Source: Octopus sinensis (lineage: Eukaryota). Taken from it: 64,000 nt of DNA. Shown here one piece after another: positions 37,766 to 52,700 of the stretch. The stretch lies in the NCBI RefSeq assembly GCF_006345805.1, contig NC_043001.1, positions 3,534,001-3,598,000 of the forward strand, in the 5' to 3' direction. The position numbers and the translations under genes were made by a program. Within the stretch, counting starts at the first letter, position 1, and every line of letters begins with the position of its first letter. The notes beneath the pieces are model-generated. The model was given only the letters and a program-made list of their open reading frames with translations, made no database searches and was not told the origin of the DNA.

Positions 37766-38965
37766 GTCCTCCACCTCCCCACCATCATTATCAATTAACA
37801 TCCGTTTTCTATGGATTGGAGTGTTTGATAGGGGATGACAAACTGGAGGGCTGCACCAGGCTCCAGTCATCTGTTTCGCCAGGGTTTCTACAGTCAAATG
37901 CCTTTCCTAATGCCAACCATTTTTCAAAGACAACTGGGTGCTTTATACGTGCTGCCACCATTGATTATTTTAATGAAAACAATAATCAAAGGATGAGCTT
38001 GAAGTTTTGTTTTTCCATTTATTCAGTTCATGTTTTGATCTCAGTAAAAGAACGTTCAAGAAACGTGGAAGTTCTGAAGATCTATGCCTATTACAAAGAT
38101 GATTGAAGGGTTGGAGCGGTGTTAGATTTAGCCACAGCTGAAGCCTAGGGTTTAAAAAACTGGCTGTGCTCTGATCACGGAGTATCTGTAATTATAATGA
38201 TGACAGTAAGAATTTAGGAGTGGTCTCACAAATGGAATTGGCTAGGGCAGTGATTGTCAACCATATTTTACCAATAGAACACTTTAGTTCCTGTTTTTAC
38301 TCAGATGGGCCGCCATAGCCATTCAATATGTTTTAAAAGTCCTTAAATTTAAACGACAAAAGCCTATATGCTCCCCTTCCTGGGTCATAACGACCTTGAT
38401 TGAGAATTTCTATTCTTAGATCTCTTTGTATCTAGCGCTGCATGGAAGTAACATATAATGGCATACCTAAATACGCATACGAATTCAAACATAATTCTTA
38501 ACTTTCTGCAATGATTTAGATTTCTTCATGTTTCCGAATCCGTTCAAAAAGTCTTGTGAAACTTTAGAAAGAATTCACACAAAATCCAATGTTTATCAAT
38601 GTTTTAGTTTGAGTGACTTTCATTGCACGTACGTCTGATTATTTGCACCTTGTTCATTATGTGTGTGTAATATATATTTATATCGGTTGCTATTAGCAAC
38701 AGGTTTCCCTATGTTTGTATGACTGATTATATTCCTAGATAAACATATAATCATACTTGCCAGTATAAATTATACATTTCTTTTCCCCCTTACCCTCTCT
38801 TTCTCTCTTTCTCACTCTCTGTCCAAATGTTTCTCTCTTTATATATAAATACATGCGTGTGTGTGTATGTGTACAGATTATATATATTATATCCACATAT
38901 ACACATATACTTATGCATACATATATAAATAGACATATCCATCTATCTCTCAATATCTATCTATA

Positions 38966-39004
<39 letters not shown>

Positions 39005-39005
39005 A

Positions 39006-39043
<38 letters not shown>

Positions 39044-41096
39044 CACACACATATTCATGCATCTCAAACACACACACCTATATATATACATTGTTTGCAG
39101 AGCATTAACGTGGCTCAGTATGTACTTGCAGGAAAATGTGCAGAGTCTGGCCTGTTCATATTTGTATTTAGTCACTTTACTACTATTATATGTGTACAAG
39201 GTTTTCATGGCTGGTAACTGGGCAGTTGTTAATCTAATTGGTTTTATCGGACCATTTGTGAATGTGAAGCCAAGACGGAATTGTTGATTTAGCTTGGAAG
39301 CCTGTTATATAAGTATTCACCAGTGGCTGATTAGATTGGGAGAAAATTGATTGTCATGATTTATGGATGTGACTACAGGTGAAGATTAAACTTGGCTTTC
39401 ATTTATTTATTCTGTTTTTTTTTTGTTTTCTTTTGTTTATTTGGATTTTAGCTCAGCAATTTATTTTTTTGTTACCAAACATATTTGGTCCCTTATACAA
39501 ATGACCTCCATTGCAAGTACCTTTAAGAACAGAGATTGTTAATATGTCATCTCCAGATTACTAATATCTGTTGTGTATCTGAATACCAATTAGGGATTGA
39601 CATAAGTCATAAGAGAAAAATAAACTTTTGATAGCGACACATCTGAAATTGTCACTGCGGCTATGAAATACACTCCTTATTTTAAGATTAACTTCATTAA
39701 AACTTTCCATTAATTTATGTTCCAAGCAACAGTTTAATAATGACAAAGTTATTTTACTAAACCTATTCTTTATTTTCAAAATTAATTTAAATAGGGGCTG
39801 GCTATTTGAATGAAGCTATAATACAAATGGGTTAAAGTAGTCCTGTCAGTTTATGTTGCAAACACCTACTAAATAATGTCAATGGTATTTTACAAAATCC
39901 TTCAATATCTTTAAAAGTAATTGAAAAAATAACCCAGTGGATTTATCTAAAAATATGGTTATAAAAAAGGGTCAAATATGAAACAAAGACAAAAATTTCA
40001 GATTTCAACAATAGTTTCAAGTTCAAGGATGAATTTAATTTCAGAATTAAAAAAGACGAAAGGGAAAGCTGAGGTAAGGATGCTTCCAAGTGTTGATAAA
40101 GATAAAAAGAGATTTTAGAGGGAATTAAATGAAACAAAACATGTAGAGGAAACATGATGTAAATAACATGTAGAAATATTTTCGATGAAAACAGGGGAAG
40201 TGGAAATGCCCTCGCTGCATTGAAATAAAATTGGAATAAATGAAAACTTTAATCATGTGGCACAGTAACAATGGAAAAACATAGGTTTCAAATACAAGGA
40301 CAGTTGTGTAAGATGATTTGGTTTGGTTACAACATGGTGGTGGTGGTTCTTTGAAAATATGTGTCCTCTAAACGTGATTCTAAGACACAATCAATATGAT
40401 ACTGTGACAGCGATGTAACTTTTGCCTACAGTTAAAATCCATCTAGAAGGCTTCAGTACAGTTTCCTTCTACAACTTTCATTCACAAGATATGGGCTCAC
40501 TTGAGGTTATAGAAATGGTATTTAAACCAAAGGCTTCAAAGTGAGATGAGTTCAAAGATGGAGCCTTGTGATTCTGAGGGGAATTTCTCTTAGCCATTCC
40601 GCTGTATAGCAGCTGTGAATGGGTTGACTTGGGGTTAAGCAAACAACACTGTCATGATTGGAACAACTTTGGCCATTGCCAATAATAAATGGAAAGAAAA
40701 AGTTACCTGAAAAATATTACCAAATATAATTAGTGAGAAAATCCTCTAAAGAACCCCAGAAGACAGACGTACTTCCTGTTGGTAGAAAATTCCATCAATA
40801 TCTCTGTAAACGTTTGGTAGAATTGGCTTTGTTGATGCGCTGTCTGAAGAATATCAATTCAGAAAAAATTTGGAGTAACACTTACTATGAAGGAATTGGT
40901 ATTTTTAAAAATACAAAAGATAAATAAATACACTTGAAACACATTCACACACACGCACACACTCATAGGCATACACATTTAAGAACAGATAAATATTCAT
41001 TATATATATATATTCATATAAATATACATAGACATACTTATATATATATATATATATATGCATACATCTATATGCATATATGTATACATATACATG

Positions 41097-41176
<80 letters not shown>

Positions 41177-41377
41177 TATATATGTGCATTTATTATATAT
41201 ACATAAATATAGATATATATAAATATATAATGCCAAACATTCTGTCCGCCCATAACAAACATTAAAATTTATAAATTTACATTTCATACAAACACATACA
41301 TACATACATATATATATGTATATATATATATATATATATACAAATATGAACAAACATATATTCATATACACATGCAA

Positions 41378-41408
<31 letters not shown>

Positions 41409-42395
41409 TATATAATATGTATATGTGTGTGTGTGTGTACATACATAAATTCATAAATTTTAATAATTTGGTATGATTATTTACAATGTTAGAAATCGTG
41501 TCTCCTGATATCTTAACATTAATAAATTTACATGAGTTTTTGTTAGCGTATATATGCATTCGTATGTGTGCATCTATGTATCAGTGTTTGTATGCATTTG
41601 TATCAATATATGTATGTATAAATATATATACATATTTATATGTTTATATGCTTGTATATATATATATTCACACACACTCATGTATATACATATATATACA
41701 CAGGCACATATATTTACTTATATGTATATATATATATATATATACACCCATACACATGTATATATACTTATATGTATACACAAAAAAAACACCCAATGCA
41801 CACACTCACACACACACATACATTTTAAAAACGATTTTAGAAAAATTTATTAATACAGCCACAATATTTGGAAAAAGATTTCCTTAAATTAAAATATTAT
41901 TAATTACATATAACAAAAATCTTGAAAAACCATTCAGATTTACACAGACATGTTATAGAAGGATATTTCTGTGTCAGCGCTTTTCGCTAATATAAAGTAA
42001 TCTGTCTTGTTTTCTCCGAACAGTTTTCACCAACTTGCAGTCCAATTTACCTTTCTTATATTGTATGATTCTGTCGGCTTTTACAATTGTCTATTTCGTC
42101 TTGTTTATTTTGGTGTTAAGGGAATGTTATGAACAGTAATACACCCACCACCATCACCACCACCACAGCCGCCACCGCCACCTCTGCAATCAGTACCATC
42201 ACCACTTCCATCTCTAATGCTAATGATGATGATGATGAAGACTATCAAGATGACAATGATGACACAAGTCTATCCAATGCAGGTCACCAACAATCTCCTT
42301 AGATTCTGTTTTATGTTTGAGGAGAAAGGAAACTGGATTTAAAATGAAGGAGAGGAAGTATTCTAGAGAGATAACTTTACTACTCTTGGCATCTG

Positions 42396-42456
<61 letters not shown>

Positions 42457-42869
42457 TATTTATGTGTGTGTGTGTGTGTGTGCAGGATGACAGCCATATA
42501 AAGGACTGTTGATATCTTGAATTTAAAGGAACCTATGAAAGAAGGAAACCAAGCAAAGCAGGAAATGGATTAAGGGGGAATGACATCAAAGACATGCAAC
42601 TGACATAGGAAATGACAAAGGACCATGTTGATTGATGTTTCATGGTGCTGGAGAAATCTTGACCACAAATGTTTTGACAAGAGATGCAAGCATGTTGAAT
42701 GGAAATTCGCAAAGATGTCACAAAGGTTGTAGATTGAAAGATATAATATTTTTGTTTTTGGAACCTTTTTGAACTTATCTTTACAGATTTTTCAAAAAGA
42801 AACTGGAGGACTTGAATCCCACTGCTAACACATTTGAGACACAGTTTTCACGTGTAAACCTTTAGTGCA

Positions 42870-43480
42870 CTTCGTAGTATATTACGGTTGCACAATGAAG
42901 GACGGTGTCCCTAACAACAAGCAATGTTTAATTACCAGTTTCCAGGAATATGCTTAATGAGTACAATTCATGTATCCAATTTTGTTGCATTGCTACATTT
43001 AGTCATTAATTAATCATGGATGGTTAATGGGTAACCACTTGTGCACTGAATGTGGTACAGTACTCTCTCTCTCTCTCTGAATACAGGAATTGATATCTCA
43101 CCAGATAGCCAACGGCTCTGTACGCATTTTGGCCCTTTCCATAGTAACACTAGAGCTGCCTGAGGGCAGCCAGTTATGAAGGGGACAAAACTCCTGCACA
43201 ACAGAATGAGATTTGTTGGATCAACTATTGTGACTCTAGGCCAGATGTTTCTATCATCCCCAACTCTTGTTTTTGTTGCACCACTTGTCATCTCCCAGGA
43301 GCCAGATTTATTGGATTGCTTTCTCAGTAACTGACAAGTATCTACCAACATTTCTCTTCTCAGCTGCTTCAAGACTTCTGAGCTTCGAGTGAAACCTTGT
43401 GTACAAAAGCTCCTCTGATACATGAGAGCATGTGACATCCCATCCACTGCTTCCCAGAGTTGAACCAACTCATGGTAGCG
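42870..43480 (-). mobile_element. Degenerate LINE RT N-terminal fragment (RTE-like)
   Basis: LLWKGPKCVQSRWLSGEISI resembles LYK.KG....C.NYRGISL. Confidence 0.35.
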
Positions 43481-43931
43481 ACCCCTATTTCGTAACCCCT
43501 TTTATGACTTGTCACTCTCGTTCATGGCCCTATGTAGTTATCATTCAAGCCTCTGACTCTATAAAGAAATTGACAAGAGAGCAAAAACATAGTCCGTGAT
43601 GTATACTTAGTCTCATTGTGAACATGTGCGAATCGTCTGCTCACCAGCGCTGGTGTTACACTCTAAAATCAAGGGAACGTCCATTGTATACACGATGACG
43701 AAGATGCTATTCAGAATGGCGTCGTCTCATAGAAACCATGTTAGAAACGAAACTCATAAGTGAGATTCAGTGACTTGAGCAGATGAAGCGAACAGTTGCC
43801 CTGAATATTTGCTGGTTCTGATGGCGATGACTTCTCCATACCAACACGAAAAGCGGATATTAATGGATAACAGTAATGATAATGGCGATGACAACGACGG
43901 CGATGATGAGGATGATTATGACGATGATGAT

Positions 43932-44006
<75 letters not shown>

Positions 44007-44416
44007 TTAACAATATACCCACGGGCATATGGCGTAGTGGTTAAGAGCGCGGACCATTTGCCGACAGGGATTTAAAGAAAGAGTTACGCAAACGACAAAT
44101 CGTTTAATTATTTTGCAAAATTTATACCGGTAATTAAAAACTTTTCATTCAATAAATAATGGCTTTACATTACGTATATAGAATAAACTATGGGTTTTTC
44201 AAAAAATGAAAACGGAATACTCCGCAGTATATTCAACGAATATTTAATCTGTGAACAATTGGAGTTCAAACATTCAATAAATATCAGAAATCGAAAGTAT
44301 AGGCAATTTCTTGGAACATGAATTTATAAAAAATGTCCATACGGTCAAGCCTTTAATAATTGCTTTCTTTTATTTACTATTACATAACTAATTAATAAGC
44401 AGCTTTCTCCATTACG

Positions 44417-44451
<35 letters not shown>

Positions 44452-47139
44452 AATTCGTATCTATACTTGTATTGTATCTATGAATTTATGTGTGTATCCA
44501 TAAGGAACAATAGCTAAGTATGAGTATCAGTATTAGATGAGATATCAACTTTTAGCCACTGCAAGTGTTTTTGAAGATGAGGCTAAGCAAAAAGAATGAC
44601 TCTCCCCCAATACAGCGTTAAAGAAATGAAAACAGCCTTGAATGGAAACCAGGTCTGCGAGATGGTATGTAGGAGATCCTTTAGACTTCAATAGAAATTT
44701 ATACAGCAATATACACACGTACACAATCATATGCACATACATTCATGTACATACACATATGCACATCCTACAACTACATGCATACACACAAGTGTACTTA
44801 CCTTTTCATTTACTTTTCAGTGAAAAATAATATTCATCATTATGAAAGTTTTCTTGATAATTCTGCCAAAAATACTCCAAGATAATATTTTAGGATATTT
44901 AAAACATCCTTTCAACGATTTTGGCATTTCAGTTTTTCTTTCATTCAGTTCTCACTTACTAGTTAGAGCTAAATAACGGTTTCTTGTAATGCAACGCAAA
45001 AGAAATTTAAATAAATGATTCATTTTCGACTGCAATTTAAAGCCATTACTTTTGGCAATTTAATGAAAGTCTGTCTTGGAATCAAAGAGATGCCAGTCTA
45101 TTTTTGACAAGAAAAATCAGTAGATGTCTTTTCTTGTAAAAGTTTGCCATTTTTGTTGAGGCATTTATAGAAAACAAACTCTTTACAGAATATGTATAAT
45201 TTGTTATACACACCCACTCACACCCACACCTACACACTCAACACACGCACACATTCACACACACTTACGAACACGTGCGCAAGTGTCTATGCTTTGTAAA
45301 TGTTGACACATTCAAACACACACACACACACACACACATGGATACACACGCATAGACTTTATTATCACCATCACTGTTCAAAGTTCGATTCTCCATGTTA
45401 GCATGGATCAGATGCAATTTGTTGGGGCAGATTTTCTAAAACGAAATGCCATTTCTGGCACCAACACTAACCTCTTTTCGATTAAGGTAATAGTTCCTCA
45501 ACTAGGACTAGAAACAAAGAATACAACTTGTGTCATGGTGATGTGCATCAACAGTCATCACATATAAATAGACACGCACACATACGCATCTATACATACA
45601 CATACCTTCTTCTCAACTAGTAAAGTCGCTCAAGCAATCCTTTAATAGATTCTCATTTCAGCTGCTTGCGTTCACCATCGTACTCTTTCGGTCGTTACGG
45701 AACAGTTACAACCATGAGTTTAAGAATGAAAACTGATTGAAGACACCATTTTTTCTCCTCTTAATTCTTCTCTTCCACAGAATAAATGCCGAAGCTGGTA
45801 CGATATTCTGCCAGAACTTGTAATTCGCGTGGGATGATATGCAGGCTGGAAGATGTATATGGCTCATGGCATTATACGGAATTCTACAAGAGTAATGGTG
45901 GTGCCTGTGCTTATGGAAAATAAATATTTGACATAATTTATTCAAAGAATTTCTAAAGGAAAATATTTTATGCTAAAATATTTATTATTCTGCTCGTTAT
46001 CATTTAACATTGCACGAATGAAGAAAACATAAAGAAAAGAGAAGATAGAAAGAAAATTAATGGAGGGAAAATAAACCGAATGAAATTTGATTTCAATCTC
46101 AAACGCAAATTGGCTTATCTGTTGAAGAATACTCACGCAAAGAAATGCATATATACATGCATATACCTGTAACGTATACATATTTATTCCTAATCTCATC
46201 ACATACATACCGATGCATACCACCGACACACACACACACACGCAAACAAACATACACGCACATGCTACCAACGCTTACATACACGACACAATTTTCTTTT
46301 TTTTTTTGTTTGGTGAATATTTTATGGAATTGTTACATTTCTAAATTAAAGTGACATTCTAATTTAACATCGCAAAAGTCAAATATTTTCATTAACATGG
46401 TAATTATTCTATTAGTATGCTTTGAAAATAAACTAATATAAAACTACCTGAAATTGATTTGATTAACTTAGTTAATGTAAATTAATAGCTGGTCGTGGAA
46501 TAATGAATATTGTCTTAATATTATCATTATCATTTCACTGTATTAAGCTAAAACCATTATCTGGTTTAGATTAGCATAACGAAGTGCGCCCATTCATTAA
46601 AAAATATAATTTCTCTTTCGCAGCAGCAGTCCGTCCATACAACAAACATTAAATCAATTCTTTTGCTGGTTTCAGGCGTTCAAATCTGGCCATGCCGGAG
46701 CACTGCTTCAAGAGTTTTGGTCAGTTATATCAAATAACACCCAATACTTTGTTTTCTCTTATTAACACCATTGTTGTTTCTTCATCGAATGGTTAAGTTC
46801 ACCTTGGCATAAAGTTACATCATTCAATACCCAAATATTTAAGGTATTTTTCCATCGATATATGCGTGGACAAATGTATCCATGCATATATACGACGGGC
46901 TTTTTTTTCAGTTTCTGTCTTCCAATTTCACTCAGAAGCGATTTGGTTGGCCCGAGGCTATATTAGAAGACACTCGCACCAGCTGCCACGCAGTGGGACT
47001 CAATCTGGATCCATGAGGTTGGGAAGTAAAGCCGAAAAGTCAGCCTGTGCCTATAGATCTGCAATTGATAATCTTATAACTTATTATTCTGTCAATAATC
47101 CATTAATTGTATTAAATGATATACTCATTTATCTCTCAT

Positions 47140-47795
47140 TTATTCATTTATTTGTTTCAGTCATTTGACGGCGGCCATGCTGCTGCACCGCTTTCAGTCG
47201 AGCAAATCAACCCCAGGACGTATTATTTATAAGCCCGGTACTTATTCTATCGGTCTCTTTTGCCGAACAGCTAAGTTACGGGGACGTAAACACACCACTA
47301 TCTGTTTCTTTACTACCCACAAGGGGCTAAACATAGAGGGGACAAACAAAGATAGACAAAGGTATTAAGTCGATTACATCGACCCCAATGCGTAACTGGT
47401 ACTTAATTTATCGACCCCGAAAGGATGAAAGGCAAAGACGACCTCAGCGGAATTTGAACTCAGAACGTAGCGACAGACGAAATACAACTACGCATTTCGC
47501 CTGGCGTGCTAACGGTTCTGCCAGCTCGCCGCCTTATAAACACACCACTATCGGTTGTCAAGCAATGTTAGGGGACAAACACAGACACACAAACATATAC
47601 ACACACATACATATATACATATATAAACATATATACGACGGGCTTCCTTCAGTTTCCGTCTACCATATCCACCCACAAGTCTTTGGTCGGCCCGAGGCTA
47701 TAGTAGAAGACACTTGCCCAAGGTGCCACGTAGTGGGAATGAACCCGGAACCATGTGGTTGTTAAGCAAGCTACTTACCACACAGCCACTCCTGC
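47140..47795 (-). mobile_element. OR2-like SINE interrupted by a MetaSINE-like insertion (47303-47536)
   Basis: Both halves of the host SINE present; 16-bp TSD taaacacaccactatc at 47287-47302 and 47537-47552. Confidence 0.9.
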
Positions 47796-47979
47796 GTTGT
47801 TAATATGTAAATTTAAATAAATGAAGAAATATCCCATTAAATCATTACCTCCAACTTCCTAATCATCCCATTTCCTGTTTCTGTACAAATGCCTGTTTAT
47901 AAATATCATGTCATTTCATATTTATACTTCTAGTTTATGTCAAAACTCGGTGGTGTTGTTAACATATAACGCATAATTC

Positions 47980-49040
47980 TCATCGTTATAGCAATTATCG
48001 TTTCAAATTTTCTGTATATAACGTCGTGATCCATTAGACAGCTGTTAACTCACTTGTCAAATAAATTATTTTGATTTTCTGCTGTCATCTGTCTGCCTAT
48101 GTATATCTGTTTTCATGTTTCAAATGAATTCATAGTTGTTCTTTATTGTGAAGAATATTGTTATGTATACACCTACCACACCATATCTTTCATATCTCTC
48201 GAAAGGGTAGAGCCCCATCTCTCACCTCTTTTAACCTCTTCCAGGGGTCCATCTGTTGCTCCGAGGCAATCTTTTTGGTATAGAAGTGTTGGATTGCTAC
48301 GAATTTTGCCGTCAATCTGGCATTTTGTGGCGACTGTAATTGAGATGAGTAACCTACTGACTGATAACGAATATTCTCCACAAGAGTTACCCGATTTCTT
48401 TCTCCGAGAAGGATCTCAGAAGCCGATAAATCAGTCACATTTGTACCACCTTACTAATATGCACACAGAACGATGCCTTACCCTCGTGTGTATTCCAAAG
48501 TCGCACAACGACGCTACCACTGATCCTGCATATTCTGATTACATTCCGTTTTTGGGTCGGTAGATAAGTGATTTAAACTTATCTGCATTAAAGTGCATCT
48601 TGCTTTCTTCAGCCCATTTGTATCTTGCTTTCAAATCTTTCTATAGTTTTCATGTGCTTTCTGGCTCCTTCAGTGCTTGTGATACTTTGGCATCATCCGC
48701 ATAGCTGGTGTGAGTGGCTACTTGTCTGACTAAGGGCATGATTGAGAGGCACTAGTGGTCCAAGTGCAGTTCCCTGAGAGTCTGTACTTCGGATTGATTT
48801 CTCCTCAGAGAGAGAAAGCACCATTGGTTGCAGCCATCTGACTTGTATTTTTGAACTGTCAAGCCTCCTTTTATTTAGTTTACCAACGATATCAACATCT
48901 CGCAGTTTGTGGCGTATCACTCATTGATCGACTTTGTCGAAGTTCTTGGTGAAATCATGATAAATCACATCCAAATTTGAACGGCCGTGTTGGGGTTCTT
49001 CTAGAAATCTGATCAGCTTCATTCTTACAATGCCTTCCAT
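47980..49040 (-). mobile_element. Degenerate CR1-clade LINE RT/C-terminal region
   Basis: LDVIYHDFTKNFDKVD..IRHKLRDVDIVGKL...SQGTALGPL, then IQHFYTKKI...WKRLKE. Confidence 0.75.
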
Positions 49041-49172
49041 GATTTTGCTATACGTTATACATGCGTACATACATACATTATTTATAAGCAACAGAAGTAC
49101 TACAAGATTAAAATAGCAATCTGTGTTTCAAATTCAACGCATATACATTGTTGAAAACCTATAAACAGACTG

Positions 49173-49335
49173 TAGGCGTAGGTGTGGCTGTGTGGTAAGT
49201 AGCTTGCTTACCGACCACATGGTTCCGGGCTCAGTCCCACTATGTTGCATCTTGAGCAAGTGTCTTCTGCTGTAGCCTCGGGCCGACTAAAGCCTCATGA
49301 GTGGATTTGGTCGACGGAAACTGAAAGAAGCCCGT

Positions 49336-49368
<33 letters not shown>

Positions 49369-49585
49369 ATATATACGTTTGTGTGTCTGTTTGTCCCTCC
49401 AACATCGCTTGACAACCGATGCTGATGTGTTTACGCCCCCGAAACTTAGCGGCTCGGCAAAAGTGACCGATAGATAAGTACTAGGCTTACAAAGAATAAG
49501 TCCTGGGGTCGATTTCTTCGACTAAAGGCGGTCCTCCAGTATGTCCACAGTCAAATGACTGAAACAAGTAAAAGAGTAAAGAGTA
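49173..49585 (+). mobile_element. Full-length OR2-like SINE
   Basis: All modules and tail present. Confidence 0.92.
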
Positions 49586-49766
49586 TAGTATTTATTCCGA
49601 TTTTTTGTTGTGAGTTCAAATCCTGCCAAGGTCAGTTTTACCTCCATCCTTCCAGAGCTGATAAAAGGTTTTGGATTGGTGAAACCGAAAGAACATTAGA
49701 ATAACTGACTTGTGGTATTTGTTCCATCTCTTTGTATTCTGAATTCAAACACGACCATCTCCTACT
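49400..49766 (+). repeat. Left copy of a local inverted duplication (partner 59614-59980)
   Basis: About 190-bp non-SINE-consensus flank matches the reverse complement of 59614-59800 with 2 mismatches seen; shared diagnostic SINE variants. Confidence 0.9.
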
Positions 49767-51899
49767 GGGGTCGATCTGCTCGACTAAAGGCGGTGCTCCA
49801 GCATGGCCACAGTCAAATGACTGAAACAAGTAAAAGATTAAAAGAGACCACGATTCATATAAACCTGTACGTGTGTGTAAATATTTGTGTGTGTAAACAT
49901 ATATGCGCATGAAAATGTATGCATGGTTGTGTGTGTTCACACATATATTTGTGGCTTCGTCCATAAAAAAGAAATAGGTGAAAAAGTTTGAACATAATGC
50001 AGGGTCCTGACTGGGTGCTGGGAAGGAGATATTTATATTTTTGTATTTTATATATGAGCGATTAGATATATACAGTTTTCGCTGTCTTTATATTGCGTGA
50101 GGACATATGAAATATGAATAAATGAAAAACGAAAGATATAAACCACAGAAAGAGATATTTTTGCAGTGTCATATGTCTTGTTCATATTCAATGCTATCAC
50201 ACTCTTTTTTTTTCTTTCCTCTCATATATTCACTCACACACATACACATTTACCCTCACACAAATACGTCTCCACTCATTCATCCTTTTACAAGGACGCA
50301 TTCTCAATTATTAAGTAAAATCCATTTGAATGCAAGGCTTATAGAAAAAGTTCTGTTAAAGGAATGAAAGAATAATATCAGTTGTATTAAGGCGATCGAG
50401 GAATGAAGTGAAGTGGATGGGCAACGGCTAAAGAAAATATGTCGATAGCTGAAGAATGTTAAAGGACGATATCGACGAGGAGAACTTTCATTATCTGGAG
50501 AAAAACAGATATGTAATACAAATGGGTGACAAATGTGTTATGTGCTTATAAAAATGATAGAGTTTTGAATAAGGTGAATCAAAATTTATTTAAAAACAGA
50601 CTGAAGTGAAACGGATTGAAAAAGCTGATGGTAAAATACTGTTAAATGGATTAAAATTGAATTAAATGAACAGCTACAATGTAGTTAATTTAATCAAATG
50701 AGAGTAAAAGGAATTAGTGCTAATAAATCATTGATCTGGCAACTGAAGGAAGTTAGGATAAAAGAGAGGGTGTTGCTTAGACGGATTCTTAGACTAACCG
50801 GAGATGACACGAAAGAAACGGAGTAATGTTAACAAAAATATCAATAAAGATTCATTGTATTTTTATCCAGCAAGAATTAAAAATAATATTCTGTAGATGA
50901 AGACTTTCTATAGTGGACCAGCAGATATTTTAGCGAATGTTTACAAATAGTTAATAGCTAATACCGACACACTGGTCTCTGAATGGATATCCATATAATA
51001 ATTATGAACACATGAATACCCTCTCTGTTTTTGATGATATTCATTTATTCACACTTCACTAGCGCACCTGCCTCTCGGGGCAGAGAAAAGCTGGGGCCAG
51101 GGCTCATTTGACTGTACCAAGTACCATCTATTAGGCGTTAGCCTTTGTTTTTGAATTTTGACTTCCTTACCATGCCAGGCCTGTCAGTTAACAAGATTGA
51201 TTTTTAGACGCATCCGTAGAATATAACTTGAACGCAGAAAGAAAGCCAAAACAAGTTGCGATACCTTTATAATTCTACCCAGGTACCAGTCGGGAATTGG
51301 TTCTATCAATTCCCGAAAGAATGAAAGGCATAGTTGCCCTCACTGGAACGCGATCTCTGAGAGCAAACAAATTGGACAAATATCGAATGTTATTCACTAC
51401 AACGCTCTAATGCGCCGGCCAATTAATTGCTTTTAGATTCGAGTCACCTCAAAGTAATTATTTCACATCTTGATTATATCTTAAGTTGGTATTCTAGTAC
51501 GCGAACTCAGAGTATTTCGCATTTTGGTTACTTTGAAAAATAACTTCTCAGTAATAGGTAGAATTTACTGAGAGATCGGGTCGCTGGTGTTCGTAAAAGT
51601 AAAAGGACGCGAAATCGATAGATTTTAAAATGATTGAAAACTATTGAAGAAAATAGGTTTATATATGATATGAGAATGCAGCCTTTAGTAGGTATCGCTC
51701 TAAAGAATATCACTGACAACAGTAAACCTTATCCTAAGACCAATAAGAAGTTGTTTTTCCAACTTAAAGAGATTCCAAACTTGATTCTCAATCTAAATAG
51801 ATATCTGTATGATATATGAGCTGTCTACAGAAGAGGCCACATTTGGAACTGCGTTCCTGTGCACTAAAAATTGGCTTTAATGAAGAGATAAATTCCACG

Positions 51900-52700
51900 G
51901 TGAACACTAATAATTCGATACGTAAGAATGGAAAGCAAGGAATCCTATGATATAAATCTGTGTGCTTTAGTTTTAAAGAGGTGCCTCTACAAAAGCATTG
52001 AATTGAAGGAGCAGGTTATGAGTGTTACTGAACGAGAGACTTATAGTGTAAACGATTAGAAAGAAAATTAGTTTAGGTGAAATGCCGTTGCCGTTGTTTC
52101 AGGAAGAGGCCTTAGTGATACCCTGCTCCTTGTGAGCAAGAGAAGTAAATGGCTAAAAGAAAGAACTCCATCTGGTGGTCACTGAAGTGGAGCGGATACG
52201 GTATCTTACCCAATAGTCTGGTGGTTTCTGAGGAGAAAAGGGAAGGGCTTGTGAGAACCATACATGTAATACACAGAAGTAAAGTCAACAAGGTGAGAGC
52301 TACTAATGAAGTTATTGACGAATTTCACACGCAAACAGGGTTTGCTTATGGCTTTGTTCTCATCTCTTGCAAACGTTAATAAAACAGATTAAGACTAGCG
52401 GCTATGTATAGGAATTTCTCTATGCATATGACCTGATTCATATAAGTTTAGCAAATACTGAATCATAAGAAATGCGAAAGAACACAGGTCCCTCTTATGC
52501 AAAAGGGGAATGATCAAAAGGCATAAAAAGGTGTTGGTAGAAACTCCCTTATACGTATGTTGCGTAATAAAGGATGGCCAAAATGTGTAGTGAAGGCAAT
52601 GCATGCGTGCACGGTAATTGCAGAAGCTGTGCACACGAAGCAGATTCTTTCACTTAATAGTATTGTAGGTTGTCAGGTGTGGGCGAAGGCTCTTTTTCTA
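51900..52700 (+). mobile_element. Degenerate RTE RT fragment (may extend to about 50400)
   Basis: SIWWSLKWSG...GLVRTIHVI..SKV.KVR...DEFHTQTG resembles W..L...G.P.K.V..I...Y....S.VR....SD.F...TG. Confidence 0.45.

Noticed and set aside
42140-42300. Thr/Asp-rich open stretch
   Set aside because: Decayed CAC/GAT microsatellite without splice context
44022-44065. tRNA gene at gcatatggcgtagtggttaagagcgcgg
   Set aside because: Only the A-box half; truncated SINE head
44534-44668. Plus-strand exon ending ATG|GTATGT
   Set aside because: Stops in all three frames
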